Position numbers and translations under genes: made by a program. This document shows, piece after piece, positions 30,781 to 39,948 of a stretch of DNA of 64,000 nucleotides (its first letter is position 1; each line of letters starts with the position of its first letter). The stretch covers positions 128,001 through 192,000 of the forward strand of contig CAWJJC010000010.1 in assembly GCA_963843145.1 (NCBI GenBank), read 5' to 3'. The stretch comes from an uncultured delta proteobacterium (GTDB lineage: Bacteria > Desulfobacterota > RBG-13-43-22). The notes beneath the pieces are model-generated. The model saw only the letters and a list, made by a program, of their open reading frames with translations, was not told the DNA's origin and ran no database searches.

Positions 30781-31311
30781 TTGCCCCCTAATCCTTTACT
30801 GAAAACCTTCGCCTCCCTGCTAAAGGGAAAAGAGCTTTCAGGCCCGGTACTGGATCTGGCCTGCGGTGAGGGAGAAAATGGTCTTTTCCTGGCCGGCCTG
30901 GGTCTTCCGGTGATCCTGGCCGACCGATCCTCCGAGGCGTTGGCCAAAGCCGAAAAGGCGGCGGTGGGAAAAGGCCTCGAAATAGGTTTCTGGAAAATCG
31001 ATCTGGAAACCGGCGTAAACCCCCTGGAAGAAGAACACTACCGAGGCATCCTGGTCTTTCGCTACCTCCATCGCCCGCTGATCCCTTGCCTGAAAAAGGG
31101 GATGAGGAAAGGAGGAATCCTTATTTATGAAACCTTTACCGTCGAACAATCCCAATACGGCCATCCTCACAATCCTGATTTTCTGCTCCAGCCCGGCGAG
31201 TTGTCCGGCTGGTTTTCGGATTGGCAATTGATCCATTATTTTGAGGGCCTAATGGAAGACCCCCCCAGGGCCGTGGCCCAGATCGTTTGTCGCAAACCCT
31301 TTCTGAAATAA
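30781..31311 (+). CDS. Class I SAM-dependent methyltransferase (TehB-like)
   Basis: VLDLACGEG, FRYLHRPL, GGILIYETF, FLLQPGEL. Confidence 0.85.
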   Translation: MPPNPLLKTFASLLKGKELSGPVLDLACGEGENGLFLAGLGLPVILADRSSEALAKAEKAAVGKGLEIGFWKIDLETGVNPLEEEHYRGILVFRYLHRPLIPCLKKGMRKGGILIYETFTVEQSQYGHPHNPDFLLQPGELSGWFSDWQLIHYFEGLMEDPPRAVAQIVCRKPFLK

Positions 31312-31317
31312 AGGCAC

Positions 31318-31346
31318 TTGACATCCCGGCGGTGTTTTGGTAATTG
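31318..31346 (+). promoter_or_regulatory. Sigma70-type promoter for the riboswitch operon
   Basis: TTGACA, 17-nt spacer, TG-N-TAATTG, immediately before the riboswitch P1 stem. Confidence 0.55.
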
Positions 31347-31350
31347 AGAT

Positions 31351-31511
31351 CTTTCGGTTCGAGGGTTAACGGAACACGGTGCGACTCCGTGGCGGACCCG
31401 CCGCTGTAACCGGTGACAAAACCCGAATGACCACTGCCCGTTCCAAGACGGGTGGGAAGGTCGGGTGGCGGAAGATCCGGGAAGCCAGAAGACGAACGCT
31501 CGAACCGGGGG
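31351..31511 (+). ncRNA. Cobalamin (B12) riboswitch
   Basis: GGAAcacGGTGcgAcTCCgtg, CCCGCCGCTGTAA, CCACTG...GGGAAGG and B12-box AAGCCAGAAGAC in the expected order; closing stem CTTTCGGTTCGAG/CTCGAACCGGGGG. Confidence 0.92.
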
Positions 31512-31530
31512 CACGCGGATGGTAAACGGT

Positions 31531-31570
31531 ACCCCTGATCCCTTATTTTTAGGGATCAGGGGTTTTTTTT
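31531..31570 (+). terminator. Intrinsic terminator (riboswitch expression platform)
   Basis: Perfect 13-bp stem ACCCCTGATCCCT/AGGGATCAGGGGT followed by a T-run. Confidence 0.88.
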
Positions 31571-31643
31571 CGCCGCTCGCCCCGGAAAGCGGCGGGCAAC
31601 GGCCCCGGGCCGTCTATTTCATTCGACAAGGAGAATCGAGGGT

Positions 31644-32207
31644 ATGTCAAAAAGCGTTTTGGAAGCAGGGGTAATGAATCGGAGCCTATTTTTCATGAAT
31701 ACCAAATCGCTGGTGGGGGCGGTGCTGCTGGGATTGGTTTTCGTACTGGTGCAACAAATCGCCCACCGAATCGATGCCTTGATTAATCCGGCCTGCGTCA
31801 TCATCGGCGGGGTGACCTGGGCCACCTTCACCGGACTGGTGGTGCTCCTGTACCGCCAACCGGCCGGAATCATCACCGCTGAAGTGGCCGCCTTCACCGG
31901 ACTGGCAACCGGCCTTTCGGTCCTGGCGCCTTTCTTTATTCTGGCCAATGGAGCCGGATCCATCGTCTATTCGCTGGTGTCCTGGAAATTGCCCATGAGG
32001 ACCTGGCTGCACCACTTCCTGGCCCAACTGGCCACCAACCTGGTCGGCAACTTGCTGGTCGCCATCGGCCTGCGGGTCCTGCTGCACCTGCCCTTCGGAG
32101 TCATCCTGGTGGCGGCCGGGATCACCACCTTGGCCGGGGTAGTCGGCGGAACGATCCTGACCAAAAAGATTTATGAGAACATCCATCACGCCGGGCTGGC
32201 CGATTAA
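31644..32207 (+). CDS. ECF transporter substrate-specific (S) component, specificity unknown; start may be 31695
   Basis: ~170-190 aa, about 6 hydrophobic helices, first gene of an operon with ECF A and T genes. Confidence 0.72.
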   Translation: MSKSVLEAGVMNRSLFFMNTKSLVGAVLLGLVFVLVQQIAHRIDALINPACVIIGGVTWATFTGLVVLLYRQPAGIITAEVAAFTGLATGLSVLAPFFILANGAGSIVYSLVSWKLPMRTWLHHFLAQLATNLVGNLLVAIGLRVLLHLPFGVILVAAGITTLAGVVGGTILTKKIYENIHHAGLAD

Positions 32208-32221
32208 AGGACATTGACGCT

Positions 32222-33595
32222 ATGTCGCAGGATCTCAGGGTCTTTTTGAAAGATTTCGAACGGCTTTTCCCCCAGCAGGTGGTACGGATCAACCGGGAAT
32301 TGAGCCCGGTGTTTGAGCCCACTGCCGTTATTATGGAACTGGAGCGATCCCGACGATACCCGCTGGTCTACTTTGAAAATATCCGGGGTTCGGCCTTTCC
32401 GGTGGTGGCCAATGTCCTGGCTACCCGGCAGCGCCTGGCCCTGGCCCTGGACGTCCGGCCGGAAATCGCGGCGGAGGTGTTTGCGCGACGGATCAAGTCC
32501 GCCATCCCCCCCTTGCGGGCCCCCGAAGCCCCCTTTCAAAAAAATCGCCAGAACGGCGAAGCGGTCAACCTGACCGGCTTCCCGATCCTGACCCATTTCC
32601 CGGTTGACGCCGGTCCGTACGTGACCGCCGGCCTGGTCCTGGCCAGGGACCCCGAGTCCGGCTCCGATACCTGCGGCTACCACCGGATGCAGCTCAAAGG
32701 CCCGAACAAACTCGGCGTGAGTCTCCACTCCCGGCAGCGGCTGTGGGAATATCTGCGTCGGGCGGAACAGGCCGGCCGCAACCTGGAGGCTGCGGTGGTC
32801 ATCGGCGTGCATCCGGCCGTATCCCTGGGGTCCATGGCCTTGGTACCCTATGACCAGGGTAAATTCGCCCGCATCGGCAGTTTGTTGAAAGCCCCCCTTC
32901 AGGTTACCCCCTGTCAAGACATCGACCTGGATGTCCCAACCTTCGCCGAAGTGGTGATCGAAGGTGAAATCCTGGCCGGCTGTCACGAACCCGAAGGACC
33001 TTTTGCCGAGTTTACCAACTACGCTTCTTCTCGCAGCACGGAAAATGTATTCAGGGTAAAATCCATTCACTATCGGGACCAGGCCCTTTACCAGAGTATC
33101 ACCCCGGCCCGGTCCGCCGACCATGTGACCATCGTCGCGCTCCATCGGGAGGGGGAGTTATGGCGCGCCTTGCACCAGGCCCTGCCCAATGTCCGGCAGA
33201 TCCACGTACCCCTTTCGGCCTGCGGCTTGTTCCACTGTTACCTGGCCTTGGAAAAAACCGCCGAAGGCCAGCCCATGCAGGCTATTCTGGCCTCCCTGGC
33301 CGTGGATCACAACATCAAGCTGGTCATCGTGGTGGATGCCGATATCGATGTCTTCGACGAAGCCCAGGTTTTATGGGCCGTGGCTACCCGGGTTCAAGCG
33401 GACCGGGACGTGATGATCATCCCCCAGCATCAGGGCATGGGCTGCACCCTGGATCCCTCCAGCGATGAACTGAGCCGCAGCGCCAAAATGGGCATCGACG
33501 CCACCAAGCCCCTTTCAGGATTTGCCCGAAGGATCGATCCGGACCCGGCCGCCCAGGACAAGGCCCGCCGGATTCTCCGGGAATTGCGGATCTGA
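32222..33595 (+). CDS. UbiD-family (prenylated-FMN) decarboxylase
   Basis: DAGPYVTAG, GYHRMQ, EVVIEG, EGPFAEF, VVDADIDVFD, WAVATRVQ, LDPS, KMGIDAT. Confidence 0.92.
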   Translation: MSQDLRVFLKDFERLFPQQVVRINRELSPVFEPTAVIMELERSRRYPLVYFENIRGSAFPVVANVLATRQRLALALDVRPEIAAEVFARRIKSAIPPLRAPEAPFQKNRQNGEAVNLTGFPILTHFPVDAGPYVTAGLVLARDPESGSDTCGYHRMQLKGPNKLGVSLHSRQRLWEYLRRAEQAGRNLEAAVVIGVHPAVSLGSMALVPYDQGKFARIGSLLKAPLQVTPCQDIDLDVPTFAEVVIEGEILAGCHEPEGPFAEFTNYASSRSTENVFRVKSIHYRDQALYQSITPARSADHVTIVALHREGELWRALHQALPNVRQIHVPLSACGLFHCYLALEKTAEGQPMQAILASLAVDHNIKLVIVVDADIDVFDEAQVLWAVATRVQADRDVMIIPQHQGMGCTLDPSSDELSRSAKMGIDATKPLSGFARRIDPDPAAQDKARRILRELRI

Positions 33596-33609
33596 CCCTG
33601 TCCCAGACC

Positions 33610-35112
33610 ATGACTGCCACGGAACCGGCCCTGTTGCGGGCCCATATCCGGACTTTGAGTTTCGAGCCGAATTCCTCGCCTGTCTTACGGGACATCCTGT
33701 TGAAAATCGCTCCGGGAGAATTCATCCTGCTCCTGGGCCGAACCGGCGCCGGGAAATCGGTCCTGACCCGGTGCCTTTCAGGAGTAATACCCCGCTTCCA
33801 GAAAGGCTATCTGGACGGGGCCGTTTACTTGGCAGGACAGGAGACTATCTCGAAGCGGCTGCCGGAATTATCCGCCCTGGTCAGCCTGATCACGGACGAT
33901 CCTCAAAATCAACTCTTCTGCCCGACGCTGGCGGATGATCTGGCCTTCGGACCGTGCAACCTCGGGCTGTCGGCTGACAACGTCCGGCACCGGATGGCCC
34001 GGGCGCTGAAGGAGGTGGGGCTGGAAGGCTTTGGACAGCGTCGGCCCGAAACCCTTTCCGGGGGTGAGGCCCAAAAAGCCACGCTGGCCTCCTTCCTGAC
34101 GCTAGGTGCTCCGCTCCTGATTCTCGACCGAGCCGCCGGGCAGATGGACGCCGAAAGCCGAAAAACCGTTTATGAACACCTGGCCGAGTGCTGCCGTAAC
34201 CGGAGCCAAAGCATTCTGGTTATCGATGAGCAGTTCCAGCCCCTGCTTCCCCTCGCCAGCCGCCTGATCTTCCTGGAAAACGGATCGGTGGGCTACGACG
34301 GCCCCCCAGGCCGGGCGCCTGCCGGGCTCCTGGAAAGCCTGCAGTCGCCAGCCTTCGAACCGCGACTGCCCAATCCGGTCACTCTACCCGCCGCCGAGGC
34401 CCCCCCCCTTCTCGAGGTAAAAGACCTTTCCTCCGCCTATCCCCACGGAACATTCGCCCTGCGTCAAATCTCCCTGGCCGTTCATCGAGGGGAATTCGTG
34501 GCTATCCTGGGCCGCAACGGGGCCGGGAAGACCTCTTTGATCCGGCATTTCAACGGGCTGTCGGTCCCGGATCGGGGAGAAGTCCGGGTCGAGGGGTTGA
34601 ATACTCGGGACCATTCCCCAACGGTTTTCGCCGATCGGATCGGGTTCCTTTTTCAAAACCCCGATTCCCAGCTTTTTGCCAGAACGGTCCGCGAAGAGGT
34701 GGGGTTCGCCCTGCGAGTTAGGGGAGTAAGCCGAAAGAAAATCGAGGCCCGGGTGAAGGCGGTTTTGGCTGAACTGGGCCTTTTGCCAGTGGCCGGGACC
34801 CATCCTTACCGGCTCAACCGCGGCACCCGACAGATCGTGGCCTTGGCCGCCTGCCTGGTCAATCGCCCCCCGTTATTGGTGCTGGATGAGCCCGTCTCCC
34901 ACCTGAGTTTCCCCCGCAATTGGGAAATCCTGGAACTTATCGGCCGTTTGAACCGGCAGGGCCTGACCGTTATCCTGGTCACCCATGATTTCCAGGCCGT
35001 CCGGCATTTCAGTACCCGGAACATTTTTCTGGAAAATGGGCGTGTGGTCAAAGACCTTAATTGCCCCGGCGTCTTCGAAACGCGTCCTGCTGCAACCCAC
35101 AGGCCCGTGTGA
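33610..35112 (+). CDS. ECF transporter ATPase with two fused ABC domains
   Basis: GRTGAGKS and GRNGAGKT Walker A motifs, DPQNQLF/NPDSQLF Q-helix, AFGPCNLG. Confidence 0.88.
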   Translation: MTATEPALLRAHIRTLSFEPNSSPVLRDILLKIAPGEFILLLGRTGAGKSVLTRCLSGVIPRFQKGYLDGAVYLAGQETISKRLPELSALVSLITDDPQNQLFCPTLADDLAFGPCNLGLSADNVRHRMARALKEVGLEGFGQRRPETLSGGEAQKATLASFLTLGAPLLILDRAAGQMDAESRKTVYEHLAECCRNRSQSILVIDEQFQPLLPLASRLIFLENGSVGYDGPPGRAPAGLLESLQSPAFEPRLPNPVTLPAAEAPPLLEVKDLSSAYPHGTFALRQISLAVHRGEFVAILGRNGAGKTSLIRHFNGLSVPDRGEVRVEGLNTRDHSPTVFADRIGFLFQNPDSQLFARTVREEVGFALRVRGVSRKKIEARVKAVLAELGLLPVAGTHPYRLNRGTRQIVALAACLVNRPPLLVLDEPVSHLSFPRNWEILELIGRLNRQGLTVILVTHDFQAVRHFSTRNIFLENGRVVKDLNCPGVFETRPAATHRPV

Positions 35113-35120
35113 CCGGCGGC

Positions 35121-35873
35121 ATGAACCCGATCCCCGGAGAAGACGATTCCAGGTCCGGTCCGGTATTCGACCCTCGGGTGAAAATTGCCTGGCTGGGGGC
35201 CGGCGTCACGCTGGCGGTCTGGCACCAGCAAATCGGGCTCCTCGGCCTGCAGTTGATCCTGACCCTGGGGTTAAATCGCTGGATCGGTCTGCCTTCAAGC
35301 AAATTGGGGCCCCTGTTTAAAGTGACGGGGGCCATGGGACTGCAGTTGATTCTCCTCCAGGGATTTTTGCAGCCGGAGGGGTCAAAGCTATTCACGCTGG
35401 CCGGATATAGCTTTTATACGGGAGGCGCGCTGCTGGGCCTTAGAGGGATACTGGTGGTCTCCAGCCTGGCCCTCCTTTTTTTCCAATTCCTTTTCTGGAC
35501 CTCGCCCCGGGAAATCACCCTGTTGTTGATCAAGCTACGAATCCCCTATCGATATGCCTTCGCGGCCGGAATGGCGGTCCGCTTTTTACCCCTGCTACAG
35601 CAGGACCTGCAATCGATTGTCCAGAGTCAAATGTCCCGGGGCCTGCCGCTGGATGGTTTCTTCAAGAGAATAAAAGGTCTGCCTCCTATTATGCTGCCGT
35701 TGATCCTGAAGACCTTGCGACGGGCCGAAACCATTGCCCGTTCGATGGAACTCAAGGGATTCGGCCTTCAGCCCAGGGTCACCCGACTGGAGAATTTAGA
35801 AATGGGCTGGAAGGACCTGGGGGCGCTCGCGGCCATCGCCTTCTACGGCGCCCTGCTGGCCTGGGGTTTCTGA
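35121..35873 (+). CDS. ECF transporter transmembrane T component (CbiQ/EcfT family)
   Basis: DPRVKI, RFLPLL, QMSRG and MELKGF coupling-helix motifs. Confidence 0.88.
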   Translation: MNPIPGEDDSRSGPVFDPRVKIAWLGAGVTLAVWHQQIGLLGLQLILTLGLNRWIGLPSSKLGPLFKVTGAMGLQLILLQGFLQPEGSKLFTLAGYSFYTGGALLGLRGILVVSSLALLFFQFLFWTSPREITLLLIKLRIPYRYAFAAGMAVRFLPLLQQDLQSIVQSQMSRGLPLDGFFKRIKGLPPIMLPLILKTLRRAETIARSMELKGFGLQPRVTRLENLEMGWKDLGALAAIAFYGALLAWGF

Positions 35874-36101
35874 ATAGACCTCTTCCCACTGAATGCCGAT
35901 CCGGACCTCAAGGCAAGGCTCTCTAGGGCCTATGAATTGGCAAGCTTCCCTGAGGCAACCGGCGCGTAAAATTGAAACCCAGGGTTAAATAATGCTTGCC
36001 AGCCGGGTCTAATTTCTGTAATTAAATAAATCTGAATAAATGGTTCCCGCCGGAATTCCCGAGAAAAATAAAATCTAATAAAACAGGAGGAACTCCCGAT
36101 T

Positions 36102-36392
36102 ATGGCCGACTGGACTTTTCTGACCAATCATGCCGTGGTGTTAATCTTGTTGTCTCAAAATGCGGGCATCACCGCCCGGGATTTAGCCTCGCAAATCGGA
36201 ATTACGGAACGATCGGTTAGAAAAATCAACGCTGATCTGGAAAACGAAGGGTATCTTGAAAAAACAAAAATGGGCCGGCGGGTTAACTATAAGATCAACC
36301 AAAAGCTCCCTTTCCGTCATCCGACGCAACGTGATCATGCCATTGAGAAGCTGTTAGTCGCAATGGGCGTGAAAACCGATGGACGGAAATAA
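36102..36392 (+). CDS. Winged-helix DNA-binding protein (MarR/AsnC-like)
   Basis: WTFLTNH, IGITERSV, DLENEGY, GRRVNY. Confidence 0.82.
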   Translation: MADWTFLTNHAVVLILLSQNAGITARDLASQIGITERSVRKINADLENEGYLEKTKMGRRVNYKINQKLPFRHPTQRDHAIEKLLVAMGVKTDGRK

Positions 36393-36715
36393 GAATTCTG
36401 ATAGAGGAAAGTTTATAACTGAAGCTTCTCAAGGGGTACGCCTGCCGGCCATTAAAAAAGATTGGGTCGACCATTATATTTAAATTCATCCAAGTTCCTA
36501 TCTATCCACTCCTCATTTGGTCTTTATCCTTTTGCAGATTCCCTGTCTCTCTGGCAGGGAATCTTTAATTATCAATTTGCTTTGCCTTGTTTTCCAGCCC
36601 CTTAAAGAAAAGTTAATTTGACCACTGTTAGATTTGTCCTGGATCACTGTTTCTTCTCCACGATTTTCGAGGTTCCCGGCGACTAACCCCGAGGTTAACG
36701 TAATGCCAAACGGGA

Positions 36716-36871
36716 GCAGATGCCTCCGGCAACTATACCCTAGTAGTGAGTGGTTTGCCCTACCCCTACCTGACGGCCACTGCCACCGATGCCCGGGGGA
36801 CTTCGAGGTTTTCGACGGTCTTCACCTCTACCGCCTTCCTGTTCCATTTGCCGATGGTGATGCGGAAGGAA
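36716..36871 (+). pseudogene. C-terminal fragment of a secreted protein with TATAT...TSxFS and LPxVxR tail
   Basis: ADASGNY...LTATATDARGTSRFS...FHLPMVMRK, with no upstream gene body. Confidence 0.45.
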
Positions 36872-36956
36872 AGGTCCCTCCTTAACGCTTATACGCCGGA
36901 CGGACATCCGCGATGCCTATATAAAGGGTCTCAAAATAGTAACAACATCGCAGCGC

Positions 36957-36989
36957 GTCATTCCCTCAGCGCTTCTGAGCGGGGATGAC
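36957..36989. repeat. Short GTCAT...ATGAC palindrome
   Basis: GTCATTCCCTCAGCGCTTCTGAGCGGGGATGAC. Confidence 0.6.
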
Positions 36990-37014
36990 GAAAAATTGCA
37001 TGTAAATATTTCCT

Positions 37015-37299
37015 TTAAGTTCCCGGCACCGGCTCAAAGGGCCGTTTCATTTTGGGCTGCTCGAAGAGTTTCAGAAATTTTCCGAAGGTCAGGGCATTCC
37101 CTTTCTCGTAAGTAAACCCGGCCAGGATGATCAGGGGATTGCGGATTTTAGCCAGCATTTCCTTCCAGGCCCCGGAATCCGCTTTGACCTTCAGGTCCAG
37201 ATTCATCCGGTCCAGGTCCCCGGGGGGCCGGGGCCTGATTTCCGCCACGCCATAGCGCACCCGTATGGTGAAGGCTTCCCCGGTGTCGGGGAAAACCAT
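37015..37299 (-). pseudogene. Alkyl-sulfatase C-terminal (SCP2-like) domain fragment
   Basis: FPDTGEAFTIRVRYGVAEI...FLKLF; no metallo-beta-lactamase core upstream. Confidence 0.6.
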
Positions 37300-37453
37300 G
37301 CCGGCTGTCGGGAATTGCGGCTCAGCCGGGAAGTGGTCGAGCTCCGTCCCAACTCAATTGAAATGGGTGAAGCGGAACTCACCTTTCACTACTCGGATCA
37401 CGACTATTGGGGGGGGACGTGGAAATCGTCCGGGTAGGGGTGAACGGCGAGGT

Positions 37454-37490
37454 TCAGACCGACTCGGCCTCCGAGACCGAGTCGGTCTGA
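37454..37490. terminator. 14-bp perfect hairpin downstream of the DinB-family gene
   Basis: TCAGACCGACTCGG/CCGAGTCGGTCTGA. Confidence 0.5.
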
Positions 37491-37515
37491 TCGCTGGCGA
37501 ACTCGGGGAAAATCG

Positions 37516-38007
37516 CTAATATTCTTTTATCGGTTTAAGGCCGAGGATCCGCCGCAGGGTGACGATTTCCGCCGTGTGGTAAGCGTTGTGGTCGGCCGCC
37601 AGAAGTACCTCCCGGAATACCGTGTAATCTTTAGCATGGGGGATCGGGCTGAAGAACTTGGTTTTCGGATCGAGAACCAGTTCCTCCAGGGCCTCCAGGT
37701 CCGCCCGAAAGCCGCCGATCGTTTTTTTCCAGCGGCCGGGGGTGGCCATCTCGTCCGCCGCCGGCCAGTAGCCTGCCGGGAAGTCGGGCGAAACGTGGTT
37801 CGGATTCCGGACAAATTCCAGGATATCCCACTGGGCGATCCGCAGGTGCTCCAGCAGGTGCCACACCGTGTAGGTGGCGTTCGGCAGCCGGCGATTGATC
37901 TCTTCCATCGGGAAACCGGAAACAGCCCGGGTAAAAGGCATATGGGCGTTCTCGCCTTTCAGCATTGCCAGCAACTGGTCACGCAGGATTTGATCCGCTT
38001 TCATCAT
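37516..38007 (-). CDS. DinB/YfiT family protein
   Basis: WHLLEHLRIAQWDIL and DHNAYH His motifs. Confidence 0.85.
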   Translation of the reverse strand: MMKADQILRDQLLAMLKGENAHMPFTRAVSGFPMEEINRRLPNATYTVWHLLEHLRIAQWDILEFVRNPNHVSPDFPAGYWPAADEMATPGRWKKTIGGFRADLEALEELVLDPKTKFFSPIPHAKDYTVFREVLLAADHNAYHTAEIVTLRRILGLKPIKEY

Positions 38008-38054
38008 TCGATCCTCCTTATTGCTTATTTTCCTTCATCCTTTTTGAGATTTTC

Positions 38055-38774
38055 TTATATAGAATTGAATTCCATTCTGGGCTGGTTTTCCGAAAGGATT
38101 TCCCGGCGGGACTCCCCGCCGCAGAAGCGCCCCACCAGTTCGATGATCTGGCTGCAGGTTTCTTCCACTTCCTCCGGGGTAACCGGCGGGAGACCGTCCA
38201 CATTGAATTCGATGGCGTGGGTATCCAACTGGGTCAACGTGTGATTGGCCTGGCGCCAGGTCCAGCGGCGGGTCAAAACCGTATCCCCCTCAGCAAAAAT
38301 GATTTCACCGGGCAGCGGATGTTCCGATTTATCCGAACCAAAGGGGATAAATTCTTCCTGCCCCGTTGCCGACCGTAAGGCGATATCGCCGGTCAGCACA
38401 TCGATGGCATGCCCTCCGGCCGGAACGAGATGCCGCAATGAAATCAGGTTGCCGATATCGACCAGGGCGTTGATGGCCAGCAGGGGATCACCCCGCAGCA
38501 CGCGGCGAACCAGGGCCTCAATGGAGGAGCGGAACTCGCTGGGCTTGGCGCCAAAGGAGCGATAGGCTTCCCGCCACGACCGGATGCGCGGGTGCTCGGC
38601 CAATTGCTCGATTTTCAGGCGGGCGCGAACGGACTCTTCCGCTTCGCGCAGCAGCCCACCCAGGTCATCCGGAGACGGACGATTGGAAACCTGACGGGCC
38701 ACCACCACACCGCGCACATATCCCGGGAACTGCTGAAAGATTTCACTTGAAATGGAATAGCTCAGCGCCTTCAT
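38055..38774 (-). CDS. Stand-alone B3/B4 (PheT editing-like) domain protein
   Basis: WREAYRSFG, SSIEALVRR, INALVDIGN, RRWTWRQ. Confidence 0.85.
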   Translation of the reverse strand: MKALSYSISSEIFQQFPGYVRGVVVARQVSNRPSPDDLGGLLREAEESVRARLKIEQLAEHPRIRSWREAYRSFGAKPSEFRSSIEALVRRVLRGDPLLAINALVDIGNLISLRHLVPAGGHAIDVLTGDIALRSATGQEEFIPFGSDKSEHPLPGEIIFAEGDTVLTRRWTWRQANHTLTQLDTHAIEFNVDGLPPVTPEEVEETCSQIIELVGRFCGGESRREILSENQPRMEFNSI

Positions 38775-38922
38775 GCTTCCCCCTTGATCACGGATGAACG
38801 CCCCTCCGAGGATGATAGTAATCAAATTTAGGGACTATTTCTACAATATAATGAATTGCTTTAATGATTGTCTAAACCGGACAAATTCGTTAATATAGAA
38901 TAATTCAACCGGAGATTTGAAC

Positions 38923-39798
38923 ATGAAAAATTATTGGCGGCCGGCGTTGCTGGTGGTTACGCTGATCCTGGCTTCGGGTTGTGCCCATGACCCGGGAAGC
39001 ACGAGCGCCGGGGTTCCCTTATCAAAATTTCAGGAGATCCTGCAGAAGAACGAACTGGTGGTGGGGATGACCGGCAAGCAGCCTCCGCTCAATTCCAAAG
39101 ACCAAAAGGGCCAGCTCATCGGCCTGGAACCCGATCTGGCGCGGAGAATAGCGGACGCCATGGGGGTCAAAATTAAGTTCGAGCTGCTGGACTTTTTCGA
39201 GCTGTTGCCGGCCCTGGAATCCGGACGACTGGACCTGATCCTTTCCGGCTTGACCATGACGCCCCAGCGCAATCTGAAAATGGCCTTTGTCGGCCCCTAC
39301 TTCGTTACCGGCAAATCTTTTCTGACCAAGGCCGATCACATCGTCAAATGTCAGGAACTCTGCGATATCGACAGCCCGCAAACCACCCTGACCTTCCTCA
39401 AAGGTTCCACCAGCCAGTCTTTTACCGAAAAAATGATCCCCCAGGCCCGGACGATCCCGGCCAAGGATTACGACGAGGCCATCCGCCTGGTTCTGGAAGA
39501 CAAGGCGGACGCCATGATCGCCGATTTTTTGACCTGTGTTCTGGCCGTGCTCCGCCATCCCCATCAGGGGTTGTTGACTTCGTTGAAAACTTTTTCCTTC
39601 GAACCGTTGGGAATAGCCCTTCCGGGCACGGACCCGCTGCTGATCAACTGGATGGAAAATTTTCTGAAAACCCTTCAGGGAACGGGTGAGCTGAAAAAGC
39701 TCTCCGAATACTGGCTGAAAAACGAACGCTGGGTTGAGGGAAAAGACGATCCCCCGTTTGAATTTGAAACGTCAAGGCAGAAATCCACCGGCCTTTAA
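38923..39798 (+). CDS. Amino-acid ABC-type substrate-binding lipoprotein (family 3), orphan
   Basis: Lipobox LASGC, QPP, DLILSGLTMTPQR, FVGPY. Confidence 0.85.
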   Translation: MKNYWRPALLVVTLILASGCAHDPGSTSAGVPLSKFQEILQKNELVVGMTGKQPPLNSKDQKGQLIGLEPDLARRIADAMGVKIKFELLDFFELLPALESGRLDLILSGLTMTPQRNLKMAFVGPYFVTGKSFLTKADHIVKCQELCDIDSPQTTLTFLKGSTSQSFTEKMIPQARTIPAKDYDEAIRLVLEDKADAMIADFLTCVLAVLRHPHQGLLTSLKTFSFEPLGIALPGTDPLLINWMENFLKTLQGTGELKKLSEYWLKNERWVEGKDDPPFEFETSRQKSTGL

Positions 39799-39948
39799 TC
39801 GCCAAAGGCTAAGTCTGCCTTTTTAATTTCTCCTTTTCGCCTTATACCCGACCTCGGCGACCTGAGGTCAGGCCGCCGACCAGGATACAACCTCCTCTGG
39901 CCGGAAACCTGGAACTCCCGGTTGACTGCCATGCCAAGTGAGCGTCCG

